Positions 12,546-25,259 of a stretch of 64,000 nt of DNA are shown here, piece by piece. A program made the translations under genes and the position numbers. Each line of letters opens with the position of its first letter. Position 1 is the first letter of the stretch. This DNA comes from Marsupella aquatica (lineage: Eukaryota > Plantae > Marchantiophyta). The DNA lies in contig OZ316899.1 in NCBI GenBank assembly GCA_973895155.1, positions 7,753,241-7,817,240 on the forward strand, in the 5' to 3' direction. The notes under the pieces were generated by a model that was not told the DNA's origin, ran no database searches, and saw only the letters and a program-made list of their open reading frames with translations.

Positions 12546-13817
12546 GCGCGCGCAAGCTCCCTTCTCCCTCCCTGCGCTTGAAACTTGTCAAATGCCGCTG
12601 AGTATGCGGCGGCTGAGTGCTAATGTAGAAGCGGGAAATATTTGCAAAGCAACCCGTTTCGCAATATGCAATCCTTTTTGTTTTGCATGTAGTATCTCAA
12701 GTTTGCGAAACCATTGCAAAGCAAAAGGCTTTGTTTGCTCTCTCGTAGAAATGCTCTTGGGCTCTGTTTTTCTGAAGGTAGTGCAAAAGCGGATGCTTCA
12801 CAAAATTCAATTCTAATTTGTAATGGTATTTGCGAAGGGAATGGCTTCGCAAGACATGGGCATGTCATCCTAAGGGGGGATGTTGGTTTCATTTGAAAGG
12901 GTTTCTTTTCAAGGTAAAGTGGACCCCTCTATACTCATATTTGGAATTCTTTTTGGCCATGTTTTGGGTGTTAGATAATACTTGAAGGCGGGTTTGAAGG
13001 GCTAGGCCGATTTCAGGTTAATGGGTTATGGATGGTGTTGGTTTAGGCTAAGGTTTGGGTTTACATTAGTTTAGAAGAAATAAAAAGGTGTGGGATTTGG
13101 TTTACAATAAATAAGTAAGGTTTGGGTTTAGGGTTTTCCTGGGGTTTTTTAATAGAGAGGTCTGTAGGGTCAAGAAGAAAGGTTTGGGTTTGAATGTGTG
13201 TAAGTCAGATTTAGGTTTAATAGGTAGGACACGGTTTGGGGTTGAAGGTTTGGATAAGACAAAGCAAGGTTACATGAGGTTCATTGGGTTTAAGAGAGGT
13301 TTCAATTGGTCTATGAATCAGAAAGGGATTGGCATGATTGGGTTTTGCTAACAAAGGAGGGGAATATATGATAGCTTGCAGGGTGCAACACTTTTTGATG
13401 ATTTGATACTAATGCATATGCATTGTGAGCCCGAGCATCTGAAAGGTAAACATTGCATGATCGGCTCAAGTGTTCCTTTCATGTACTTAACACTTTTGGT
13501 TGCCACTATACAGTATAAAGGGGACATGTCTATAGGGTGTTTTTTTGTATGGTCCAGATTATTGTGCTTACATATAATTATATGGAATGCTTGCAGCTTT
13601 TCCCTCATACTTTCAGATTGGGTTCATTAATTATCTTAGAGCCACAAGACCTATTGGCATTGCTGAGCCTGGGTCTCATAAAAGTACCTATTTTATTGCT
13701 ATGGTCATTTTTGTTTGGGTTTCTTGTCGTCATTATTTGGGGACTTTGATTTATATTATTTTGTGGTATGTTTTGGTCATAACGTGCCCATTTTAATTAT
13801 ATCTTGTTATAGGGGAT

Positions 13818-14257
13818 ATGTCTTCATCTTCTGAAATCTCCACCACAGACTCATCCTCCCCTGATGAAGATACACCACCTCCACCTCAACATCACATGAC
13901 CACACCTCCTCCTCGCGGTCCACCCCGTCAACTTTGCGAATATTCCAGATGTGTGGGTCAGGTTTCCCAAAAATCTTACATATGCGCCCAACATATTGAG
14001 AGATATGGGCGTTGTGGATGTCATACGGCATGGGCTTCTTCATCTCATATGGTAAGTGTTATGCCTTAGTTTTCCTACCCTATTCCCACTTCTCAATGGT
14101 TGAAGGTTTTTAATTTCACACCTACTTTTGTTTGTTTTGGTTTTGGTGGAATAGGTATCCAATAGGCCTAGACCTGTAGCACAAGCACCCTATGTCCCAT
14201 CACAAGGTGTTCTAGATGCTATAGGCAATGCATCCTCACAAGCCTTGGGTCTAGCGG
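13818..14257 (+). other. Small spliced ORF of unknown function (Pro-rich, Cys/His cluster), interrupted by element F
   Basis: ATG at 13818, GTAAGT donor ~14052, polypyrimidine/AG acceptor ~14154. Confidence 0.3.
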
Positions 14258-15688
14258 TGTCGTGCCGAAAGATTTCGGCTCAGGAATGGCTTTTATAGGG
14301 GATGATGGGCGAGGCCTCCCGGTTGGGTTGCGTGCATGCTGACTCGGAGGGGCTGCTTGGTTGGATGGATTGAGGTTTGGTGATTGGGTGACTCGTCGTC
14401 ACCAGGTTTGGTGTTTGGGTGAGTCACCAGGCTTGGAGTTTGGATGAGCCTCACTGATGGCAGCTGGTTCAGGCTGGATGGTTGGGTTTCTGATGCTACT
14501 TAAGACTTGAGCCTCGGCTCATTGAGGTTGGCGGTTGTCTATTGAGATCTGTTGAGTTGTGAGCTGTGAGTTCCGCTCCGTTCTGCGGAACTCGACTGTT
14601 GTGCGGCGGTTTTGGAGTTCTGAGCAAGTGTTGGATCCAGGTGTGGAGTTTTTGATCCAGGCAGGGAATTTCTTGAGTTTGGAGTCTCGTTGATCCAGGC
14701 GAGGATTTCTTGAGTTTGGAGCCTCATTGGTCCAGGCTCGAGTTCCGTGTTAGCTTTTTAGACTAGTGGAGTAGCTAGTCGAGTTTTGGTTTTGTGAGCT
14801 AAGGAGGATAGTTTTTCCATCAGATTTTGAGTAGTTAGTCACTCGAGGAGTTCTACTTGACAAGTTAGAGGTAGCGGCCCGCCGTAGGGCCAGCTACCAG
14901 ACTCTTGCAGGCAAGCTTACTCGAGGGCACCTATTGTAATTGTGGCGCGTTTTCCAAGACCTCTAACCTAAAGAACTACCCTCAATTGATCATAAACCAC
15001 TTGTTTATGTCCGTCCTCTTGCCCTTTGGCAGCTATTCGGTTTGGAAACGCGATCCTCTCCTTTGATCCACACTTACCGGACCGATTCTTTCAATGGGCT
15101 TGTGAATTGTGCATGTAGTTTGCTATGAAGAACCAAAAACACACTTAAAGGTCTTCAAACTCGGTATTCGTTCCCGTAAAGAACAAGATGGGGTTGATTT
15201 GATACATAAAAACACAAATGAGAGTTTAAAGACTCTCTCTAACACATAGTAATCAAAATTGATTACTTTACTAAGGTATTTTGAAGATTGCTCCACAGCG
15301 GTGAGTAGTTTTCAATGATAACTTAGCATCAAGTAACCATAAATTAATGAAAAAGAAATGATTAACAAAACACAAGAGAAAATAATCTCAAAGTACGCTA
15401 AGGGAGTCTAGAATTTTCCAAGGTTACTCCTTAGACATAAGTCAAAATGAAAAGACTTAAGGATTCAAATCCATATTGCTTTTCAGATCTAAACTGCTTA
15501 CTAAAGTACCTTTTAAAATGCCGTCAACATGTCTTATCCTTTCTTTCTAAATGGTACTCAGATAAGATCTAAAAGGTAGCTACTTCAACATTTAGATGGT
15601 ACTAAGCAACACGAAAGAAAATCCATCAATTTCAATGAGACTTAAACTCAATGAGTTAACTTTAAGAACTCAGGAGATTGCAATGAGT

Positions 15689-15742
15689 GAGGTACACAAC
15701 TTCATCAGTTATCAGTGACTTTCATCAGTCACTGATATCAGT
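15689..15742 (+). repeat. Left TIR of MULE
   Basis: GAGGTACACAACTTCATCAGTTATCAGTGACT..ACTGATATCAGT. Confidence 0.85.
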
Positions 15743-16121
15743 CTGTGCCCGAAACTCAGCGACGCTGCCGACATGGACTTAATTCACACCCACAGTCAAA
15801 CCCTATGTCGGAGTCCACTCTGACATTGTTTTGGTTCGGACAATTAGTAATGTTGGCTGCCTCTCTGACCATCTTGGTGCCCTTTCTAACCATCTTGGCG
15901 CCCTCTCTGAGATATCCTTGGAGTGTTGTTTCATCTCGGCTGAGCTTGCCAAGATGAAAACATACCCAGCAACATGTACAACATAGCATATCAAATAGGA
16001 GCCACATTAAGAACGTTTGGATGACACACTTTTTATTAAACTTTGTACTTTACAACGATGTTGTCTATCTCAATTTTCTGAACTAAATTCCACTAGGTTG
16101 CTTCTCCATCTTCCATCCTCT

Positions 16122-16800
16122 CTACAGGGTAATTGTCTGGCAGACAAGGTCCACAACAATCTTTTGCCGCATGATGTCTATAAGTGCAGGGTCAAAGTTC
16201 AGTACGCCGCCTCCAGAAATACGCTCCATGTAGATAATGATATATACACCACAATTGTAATCATCCCCTTGACCTGGAATGTTATCTCGGTAAATGTGTG
16301 GCCATTCTAATGGACATAACAAGGTACGACCCCGCAAGATGGAGAGGTCCGAAAGAAATTGAGCTACTTTGAACACTTTTGTGCCATCCTGTGCTTCGGG
16401 CACAAGCGGATCAAGTAAATGCAGTTGCCGCAATGCAGTATCAACCACAACTAGTACCTAGTGTTTTGGCCGGTAGACGGGGATTAAAACATACTCGTGC
16501 TCCCACATTTGAATGCCCCGCCAATATGCCAACGCTGCGTTGAAGTTATATTCCGGAGTTGTCATCACTTGGTAAAAATGTGTTGGCAATAACATGGCCT
16601 TGGGTTTATGAAGGGTTTGTGCTCTTCGTTCCAGTAAAGCAATGTAAGCATTGATGACGTCGCAAGTGATCCATTTTTTTGGCCTCAAGCATTTTAAATG
16701 TGCCCTCGTCAAGTGCACGTCCTTGATTGTCACTATGACCTCTTTTTGGTCCGCCTTGGGGTCCAATGCCTTCTTCACTATCGCCAAAAATTTGGATGGT
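16122..16800 (-). other. Ulp1/SENP cysteine protease domain
   Basis: LKCLRPKKWITCDVINAY...THFY...LIPVYRPKH(W>*)VLVVVD...LLDPL...QGDDYNCGVY gives the His-Asp-Cys triad. Confidence 0.9.
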
Positions 16801-17340
16801 TGCTGTTGTGCGGGCACTCCTTTGTTTGCAAGCCCCACCTCTTTCACTCCTGCCCGGGGAGTCAGCCCCTCATTCACTGGTTGCTCAGGTCTCTCCTGAG
16901 CTGCAATGAAGGTAAATTCATTCAAACATTACTCTTCGGAATTGGAGCTTGATAATCTTATACTTACATGGTGAGTTTGGAGACTGTCACTTCCTACCGA
17001 GCTACTCTCATCCGATTGAGCTTCTTTTGCCCTATCATCGACAAATTTGAGAGTTTTCCTTTTTCTCTCTTGTACACAGCGAGGCACTATTTCTTCATGA
17101 TAGGTATCAGCAGCGTAGCACGGAAGGGTTAACTTCTCCGACAAGAAATATGCCAAAGCTTCCTCCCACGCGAGCTTGACAAGCCGTCTGTCCTGGCTGT
17201 CCCATTCCGCTGTAGCTGACTCGGTAGTCCTGTCGGGAACTGCTACTAAGTTATACTTAAATCCAATCAAATAATGTATTGCGCCCAAAATAGACGTAAA
17301 CAAGAAGGCATCTGTCGGGGAAGGTAGTCGACATGGATCG

Positions 17341-18264
17341 ACGGATCTCGGAGAGGCCAGCCGAGATCACTCTTCCTGAGACGGATCTCGTAGAGGCCAG
17401 CCGAGATGACTATTCCTGAGACAGATCTCAAAGAGGCCAACCAAGATTGACTATTCCTAAGACAGATCTTGGAGACGCCAGCCGAGATGACTTCCTGAGA
17501 CACATCTCGGAGAGGCTAGCCGAGATGATTGTTCCTGAGATGGATCTCAAAGAGGCCAGCCGAGATTGACTCATCCTGAGACGGATCTCAGAGAGGCCAG
17601 CCGAGATGACTCTTCGGTACACGGATCTCAGAGAGGCCAGCCGAGATTGACTCTTCCTGAGACGGATCTTAGAGAAGCCAGCCGAGATTGACTCTTCCTA
17701 AGACGGATCTTGGAGAGGCCAGCCAAGATCACTCTTCCTAAGACGGATCTCGGAGAGGCCAGCCGAGATGACTATTCCTGAGACGGATCTCAGAGAGGCC
17801 AGCCAAGATTGACTCTTCCTGAGACGAATCTTGGATAGGCCAGCCAAGATCACTCTTCCTGAGACGGATCTTGGAGAGGCCAGCCGAGATGACTATTCCT
17901 GAGACGGATCTCAGAGAGGCCAACCGAGATGACTCTTCCTAAGACGGATCTTGGAGAGGCCAGCCAAGATCACTCTTCCTGAGACGGATCTCGGAGAGGC
18001 CAGCCGAGATGACTATTCCTGAGACGGATCTCAAAGAGGCCAGCCAAGATTGACTCTTCCTGCGACGGATCTTGGATAGGCCAGCCAAGATCACTTGTCC
18101 TGAGACGGATCTCGGAGAGGCCAGCCGAGATGACTATTCCTGAGACGGATCTCAGAGAGGCCAGCCGAGATTAACTCTTCCTGAGACGGATCTTGGAGAG
18201 GCCAGCCGAGATCACTCTTCCTCAGACGGATCTTGGAGAGGCCCGCCAAGATGACTCTTCCTGA
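17341..18264. repeat. Tandem array, ~23 x 40-41 bp, intronic
   Basis: Unit GAGACGGATCTCGGAGAGGCCAGCCGAGATGACTATTCCT, with ~121-bp higher-order trimers. Confidence 0.95.
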
Positions 18265-18579
18265 GTTGCATGTAGAGGAATGAATCTTGGCAAGGTCCGC
18301 CAACATGCATCTCAAGTTAGGACTTTCCCTCGCTTGTAGAGGAGGCCAGACACTATGAATGTCAGCGAGGTCAGCCGACATGCATACATATCGGCGAGGC
18401 CGCTGACTTGTATCCCTCTATTGTCAACCATTGCGACGAGCAAGCAAATATGAAATGAACAACGTCAAACGCCAGAAAACTTACATGTTGTTGGGAGTAC
18501 TGCCGGCTTTTTCTTCTTGCACTTTTCTGGATTGGCTTTTGAACGGACCACCTCTTCCTCCTCCGGGGAGATCACTCCA

Positions 18580-19330
18580 ACTAGTTGTGCCAGTTGGTCT
18601 TGCGCACAAGTTCCAAAGTGAGGATAGGATTCAGTCCCAAACACCATCTGCCCGCAATTTTCACCCACCTTGAATATTGCCCCAAACTGTGCATTGAAAG
18701 TGAGGATAGTTGCCCCAGGGTGTGTTGTATATTCGATGATACATTGGAGCGTTGCTGGCGACAATGTGCCCGCAAAAGGATCGTTAACCTGATTCTTCTT
18801 GGATGTATAGTTCGTTAGCCCATTCCTACTCTTCATATCGAGCTCTGCACTAATTGGTGCCACATCGTCCTTTGGGCATATCTCCACAGCAGATTGAAAC
18901 CCCCACAGGTCTAGCTTGAGATATTCGCTCTGGATTGGCCAAACATATTCAGAGGTCAGACTTCCTCAGTTTAGGATAGTAAGTCATTGGAATAAAAAAT
19001 AAATGAAGAAGTAGGTAATTGATGGGACTTACTCGCTTCCCAGTCCTACCATCGTAGGTGGGTGTGTCGTTCCAGATAAAGAAGCTTTCTTTCAACCCCC
19101 AATTGGTATTCTCGTAAAGTAATGCATCATAAATTCAAGTTGAGTGCCGAAGCAAACCACTGTGCACGATGGCAAACAATCCTTCGGAATCAAGGACATC
19201 TCGAGCAAACTCCTGAACCCGGTTCAAGTCGTCCTCCCGGAATGAATTCCACAACGGGGTGGACTTACCCTTGACCATACGCGTGTCTGTTCCCATATAT
19301 ATGTATCAGAATTAAATCTGCACCAGTCTT
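18580..19330 (-). other. Beta-class N6A/N4C DNA methyltransferase-like fold (degenerate motifs)
   Basis: ADLILIHIYG..LWN..ARDVLDSEG..FFIWN..SEY..LSPATLQCIIEYTTHPGATILTFNAQFGAIFKVGENCGQMVFGTE parallels the N6_N4_Mtase layout, with motif IV before motif I. Confidence 0.65.
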
Positions 19331-21842
19331 CACTCGCTTCCCCCCTTTTCTCCAGGTATTTTGACGCAAACCTTCCCACAATAGCTTTCTGCACCATGAG
19401 ATCAATTTACAAACTACAGGGGGTTCGGTACCTTCTTTAGCTGCATCAAAAAAAGTTGTAAATAGATTTGGAGACCACCTAAAATACATATGTCTGCTCT
19501 GGGAAGACATGGTATTGGCATAAGGACGCCTTACTCCTTCCAACTCTGTATTATCCTCTTCTCCAAGGGCCTCTTCATCCTCCTCATTTTCCAATGTGGG
19601 GTCAGGTTGGATGGTTGTGGGCAGAACCTCTCCAGTGTCGGGCGGGGGAGGCGACTCAATGGTGGAAGGAAGAGGAGGAAATTCCTCGTCACGTGCTTTG
19701 CTTGGGCTCCCTTTGGGAGCTCTGGGTCGCCTAGTTTGCTTTCTTTTTAAGGCCTTTTCCTTTTGCCGTGATAGTAATGGTGGCCGGTAAGGCACAGGAG
19801 AGATATCAGACAAGCGCCCTTCATCTCCGGATTGTCCTTTGTCCTCTTCCTCTTGCTCCTCTTCCTCTTGCTCACCCACATCATCCTCACGTTGCTGCTC
19901 GTCAGCCAATTCATCTTGTACTTTAGGAGCCTCATGCGGAGGCAAGTCAAATTCTTGCAGTGGAGTCTCGTCTGGACCCAACTCAACTATTGGTTGTTTA
20001 TCCTTGTGCCCTGGACCCTGCGAAACCCCTGGACCATCCTCAACTGCTGCCTTTGTAGCCGGCTCTACACCCTTGCTCTTGATAGAATCAGGTTCCGTTT
20101 GGATCTCTGCATGACCTGCATAGGATGCAAATTGATGAGCTTCATGATGGCAACTGCATCTCGGCGAGCCTCGCCAAGATTGGGTTCATTATATGCAAGC
20201 AACTTATTACTCAACTAATACTTTATCTCGACGAGCCTCGCCGACATCTGGACTGGACCAGACACTTAATCTCGGAGAGCCTCGCCGACATCTGGACTGG
20301 ACCAGACACTTAATCTTGGCGAGCCTTGCCAACCCAGCCAAGGTTTTTTCCAATGCAAGCCACCACCTGATTCGAAAGGAATTGAGTAATACCTGATGGG
20401 GTCTTTGTTGGAGTGCTTATAGAATCTGACTGACTGGCCTCGGCGGATTGTTCCTTGTCGACCTTCTTCTCGCCTCCTTCCTTTCGGGCCTTTTTCCCAT
20501 CATAGGCTGGGTCCATTGGGATTATGGCCTCCAACGCTATTGCCTGAGGCATAGAGTTCGTCAATTGTCGCAGCTTGGATATATCGTAGTAATTTGTAGG
20601 CTCCTGTTGGTCCTTCAGCTTCATTGCACACTCCTTCTCAGCGTCATCGATAAAAGTATTCCAGTCACGGTATTCCATATACCATGGGCAGTTTTGACGT
20701 TCCCAATCGCAGACTACTCTACCATTAGGAATTTGGCCATCACATGGATACATGCTAAGGCTCCCTTTTGGCTCCATCCAAGATGTGAGTGCCCATGGCA
20801 GCTCTTTCAATACGGATGCATTCATGTTCTCCTGATTGATTAGAAATCTTGTCACGCACCTCTTTGTTCGCTTTTTCCACAATTCTTTTAACAAGACCGT
20901 GGCCTTTCCGTCAATCCAAATTTCCCCGCCTAGTTTCAGTGATTTCTCTTGCACATAAGCTCGATAAAGCCTTCTGTATAGCTTTGCAAATTCCTCCTCT
21001 GTCCTGGAAAACTCATGGTACATCTGTCTTTGGTAGGCCTTTGCAGCAAAATTGGTCAAAATCACACAACCAACGTGGTCAATGTAACACCACATTGACC
21101 AGACCGCTAACCAGGATCTAATTGCAGCATCACCATTGTTACGTGGATGGTGATACATACTCTTCTCCTACTCCGTTCCAAAACGAGCTTTCAATAGCTT
21201 TACTCTGCACTCTGCAGTTACCCAAGCCCCAGCAAACAAGCGGACCCTGTCCAAGCCAACCTGTACATTCATCACACCCTGCTTGGCGTCCTTTGACAAC
21301 TTGTGATACAGCTGCCGACATACCGGCATGAACTAGTCTCCATTGGCCGGATTCACGCAGGCCGCAAGCTTGGGGAACTTGTTGTCCTAGGCCTTGCATG
21401 CAACAATAATCATTGCCTCCGTCTCCTCCTCAATTCTCTTCACACTCCACGGGTGCCCACGAGCTGCGTCTTGTGCCATCTCCTTGGAGATATTGATTCA
21501 TCCCGCTTCAATGTTTGACCAAGACATGATGTACACAGCGGCTTCTTTTGTCATATTCTTCGAGTACCAAGTCTTCCCATGTCCTCGATTTTGGGCCTTC
21601 ATGAAAGCCTCCATTGTCTTCTTTGACATGAGCAAACTGTACTCCTCCAATGGAGTGTTCAATATCTTTGCAACCCGATCAGCGTCATTAAACCAGGACG
21701 TCTTCACGACAGTCGCACTTATCCTGAAAATGACAAATAGTACTCATAGCGGCAATTTCAGAGAGGCTCTCCAAGATGGCACACAAGGTTTACACAAACA
21801 GGTAATCACATTTTGCAAAAAGACGCAAATGAGAGTACTTAC

Positions 21843-22280
21843 AAGTTGAGAGCGTGCATTGCTTGCTCAACCTTCTTGAATCCGTCCTTCCCAGCGTTCA
21901 AAAGAGAGAATCTGACGCACGGATGGTATTGCAATTGATCCGGATACTTAGAAGCAACTGCGGACCAGGCTGTGTATTTGTGGTTTCCATCAAAAACCCA
22001 AAACATCTTGTCCTTAAGGACTTTGAACTCCTCTGATGCATCGCACTCTTGCTCAAACTGTTCATTGAGCTGAGTCCATAGAGGGTCCCAAAATGGCTTG
22101 AAGTCTGTCACTGTCTGCGTTTCTCCAATTTCATTGAACTTAGTAATGTGGAACTCGCTGAGCTTCACAACATAGCCGCTCTCTTTGAATCCTTTTTTTA
22201 ATTTTGCAACCGACTCATCCTGAAGATTCCTCACTACCTCCATTGGCATGAGCCGGCACAAGGGGATCCGGGGCGGATCC
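21843..22280 (-). other. ParB/Sulfiredoxin-like N-terminal domain
   Basis: RIPLCRLMPMEVVRNLQDESVAKLKKGFKESGY...FWVFDGNHKYTAW...ALN. Confidence 0.7.
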
Positions 22281-23567
22281 TTACTAAACTTTGTCTCATA
22301 CTTGGAGATGATAGACTCCCAAGCTCCCTTCTCAACAATATCAGCCAATTCCGCCGCTCCAATAGGCTCAAATGATATCTGCTTTGGCTCAAACTTCCTC
22401 CTAGAGTCGATTGACTCCCTAAGTGGACCACCTTGTGAGCGCGTCAGTCGAGACGTGACTGGCAAAGGAGACTTGGATCGTGGTTTCTTACTCCGCTGAG
22501 AAGTTTGGCTGTCGGCAGGTCCAGCTCCAGTCGAGTCTTTCCTCTTCGGCATTTTGACCTTAGATTACATGAGAAATGAAAGAGTTATTACTCGGCAATA
22601 GCTCGACCTATAAACCTGACAAGATCTCAGCGAGCCCCGCCGAGAGAGCCAGTTTTCAAGGATACGCGGGGTCCAGCCTCTCACACATTTGATTCATCTA
22701 CAAATGGATTTTACATATCAAGAAAAAGGGGGAGCCAAGAGAAAAACCTGAGAGAATCACCAACGTTCACGGCAAATCACTGTCGCAAATGCTCACAAGA
22801 AAATGTTGCCTAAATGCTCACGGAGAAGCTACCACACGCTCACTGCCTCAAAACACCAACGCAATCCAGTAGACACAATAACAGGGTTGCACAGGAGAGT
22901 TTACCATGAGTGGGACGACTGAAGAAGAGCAGGAACAACGCGGATGTGAGTGCGGAGAAGTGAGAGATTGCACAGACCAATATGCAAAGATTGAGGAAGA
23001 GCACGGATTAGAGCGCGAACGAGTAAGGGATGCAAAAGAGTGAGGCAGAGTGAGAAGGTCCGGGGATTAGTGATAAAGACAAGCGCCAAACCTAAGGTGT
23101 CACACCGTGGAAGTGACGAGGAAGGAACGACATCCACTTCAAGGAATAACGTACCGCACGTACTGCACAACACTAAAGTACGCAATAGATACGGGAGATC
23201 CTAACTATATTTCGATACGTACATGTTAACGGCCCAAACAAGAAAGTACACAATGCTAACGCGAGTACTGACCACCACTAGTACGAGAGAGTTTAGGGTA
23301 CATTTAGGGTACATTTAGGGACTTCGGCCTACAACTCAAATGAGTCCGAATGTAGGAGACCCTTGCTGTCATTTCATTCCGAGGCCTACTGAGACGTGTC
23401 AACATCTCGGTGCGTCAGCTCAAAGAGGAAATGGTTGCCCACATGCATTATCATTTGGGTGGCTTAACTAAAAGAGGAAATTGGGGTTAAGAGAAGGGGG
23501 AAGAGCACAAGTCAACAAGATCAAGGAGGGTTTGTTGGAGGAGACTTAATAAAGGTGGCCAATTATG

Positions 23568-23610
23568 TTTAGGGTTTAGGGTTTAGGGGTTTAGGGTTTA
23601 GGGTTTAGGG
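23568..23610 (+). repeat. Interstitial plant telomeric repeat (TTTAGGG)~6
   Basis: Direct reading. Degenerate copies also at 23292-23320. Confidence 0.9.
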
Positions 23611-23684
23611 TAAAATATGAGAAGTAGAAAAAAGTCCAACATTCTAGCGAACTTCATGGTAGAAAAGTACGCTTCTTGGGTCAA

Positions 23685-25100
23685 AAAGGTCGCCAGCCTC
23701 TCGGAGACCCTCTCTGAGATGGAGTCGTGGGCGTACTTTGGCCAGATGACACCACTTGTGGACCCTGTTAACAGTTTCAAAGGGTTAGCTACAACATACA
23801 CTGTGTCTCTTAGAGACCCTCTCCGAGATGAAATTAAGGGTATTCCGTTTCAAAGGAAGGACCCAAATTGGTTCTATCCAACATCCGATGTCAGAGACCC
23901 TCTCTGAGATGGAGTGGTGTGGCCCGAACGGCCAGACGGCAAAAATTGTCAATCGCGTCTTGGGTGGAAAGGGAAGCGAGATTGCAACCCAATCGCTCGG
24001 AGACCCTCTCTGAGATGGAGCCGTGTGCCCCAAGTGGCCAGAGAGCAGTTCTCCCAGATCGCATATTGGGTCAGAAAGGTCGCCAAATGAGACCCAGCCT
24101 CTCGGAGACCCTCTCTGAGATGGAGTCGTGGGCGTACTTTGGCCAGATGACACCACTTGTCGACCCTGTTAATAGTTTCAAAGGGTTAGCTACAACATAC
24201 ACTGTGTCTCTCAGAGACCCTCTCCGAGATGAAATTAAGGGTATTCCGTTTCAAAGGAAGGACCCAAAATGGTTCTATCCAACATCCGATGTCAGAGACC
24301 CTCTCTGAGATGGAGTGGTGTGGCCCGAACGGCCAGACGGCAAAAATTGTCAATCGCATCTTGGGTGGAAAGGGAAGCGAGATTGCAACCCAATCGCTCG
24401 GAGACCCTCTCTGAGATGGAGCCGTGTCCCCCAAGTGGCCAGAGAGCAGTTCTCCCAGATCGCATATTGGGTCAGAAAGGTCGCCAAATGAGACCCAGCC
24501 TCTCGGAGACCCTCTCTGAGATGGAGTTGTGGGCGTACTTTGGCCAGATGACACCACTTGTCGACCCTGTTAACAGTTTCAAAGGGTTAGCTACAACATA
24601 CGCTGTGTCTCTCAGAGACCCTCTCCGAGATGAAATTAAGGGTATTCCGTTTCAAAGGAAGGACCCAAAATGGTTCTATCCAACATCCGATGTCAGAGAC
24701 CCTCTCTGAGATGGAGTGGTGTGGCCCGAACGGCCAGACGGCAAAAATTGTCAATTGCGTCTTGGGTGGAAAGGGAAGCGGGATTGCAACCCAATCGCTC
24801 GGAGACCCTCTCTGAGATGGAGCCGTGTGCCCCAAGTGGCCAGAGAGCAGTTCTCCCAGATCGTATATTGGGTCAGAAAGGTTGCCAAATGAGACCCAAC
24901 CTCTCAGAGACCCTCTCTGAGATGGAGTTGTGGGCGTACTTTGGCCAGATGACACCACTTGTCGACCCTGTTAACAGTTTCAAAGGGTTAGCTACAACAT
25001 ACGCTGTGTCTCTCAGAGACCATCTCCGAGATGAAATTAAGGGTATTCCGTTTCAAATGAAGGACCCAAATTGGTTCTATCCCACATTCGATGTCAGACC
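23685..25100. repeat. Tandem repeat, 401 bp x ~3.5
   Basis: GAAATTAAGGG recurs at 23830, 24231, 24632, 25033. Confidence 0.95.
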
Positions 25101-25259
25101 CTCGCCAAAATACAAGGATGAACCCAAAAGTGCAAGCAAAAACTGACCGTACAGTACTTTTCAATGTTTTTACAATGTAATTTTGTATGGATCGCGTGTC
25201 CATACAAATCTACCATCTCAGAGAGGCTTGCCGAGTACAAATACTGTTGCCCAAATGAC

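Larger units (their letters stand above)
16122..22552 (-). pseudogene. ParB/Srx-like + N6A/N4C methyltransferase-like + Ulp1 (C48) fusion gene, 6 exons, ~1540 codons
   Basis: Phase-consistent GT-AG exons: 22552-21843, 21723-20393, 20115-19033, 18929-18485, 17239-16968, 16895-16122. At least 6 in-frame stops and one frameshift near 19290. Confidence 0.75.

Noticed and set aside
12900-13350. GGTTT-rich tract as a telomeric array
   Set aside because: Too degenerate. More likely low-complexity promoter sequence of the CACTA-like element.
17341-18264. CRISPR-like array
   Set aside because: No unique spacers, no cas genes, and it lies in a spliceosomal intron. It is a tandem repeat.
18465-22552. 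Bacterial or phage contamination (ParB + methylase)
   Set aside because: The gene has GT-AG introns, is fused to Ulp1 and lies within a TSD-bounded plant transposon.
23568-23610. True chromosome end or telomere fusion
   Set aside because: Only ~6 repeats, internal to a transposon.
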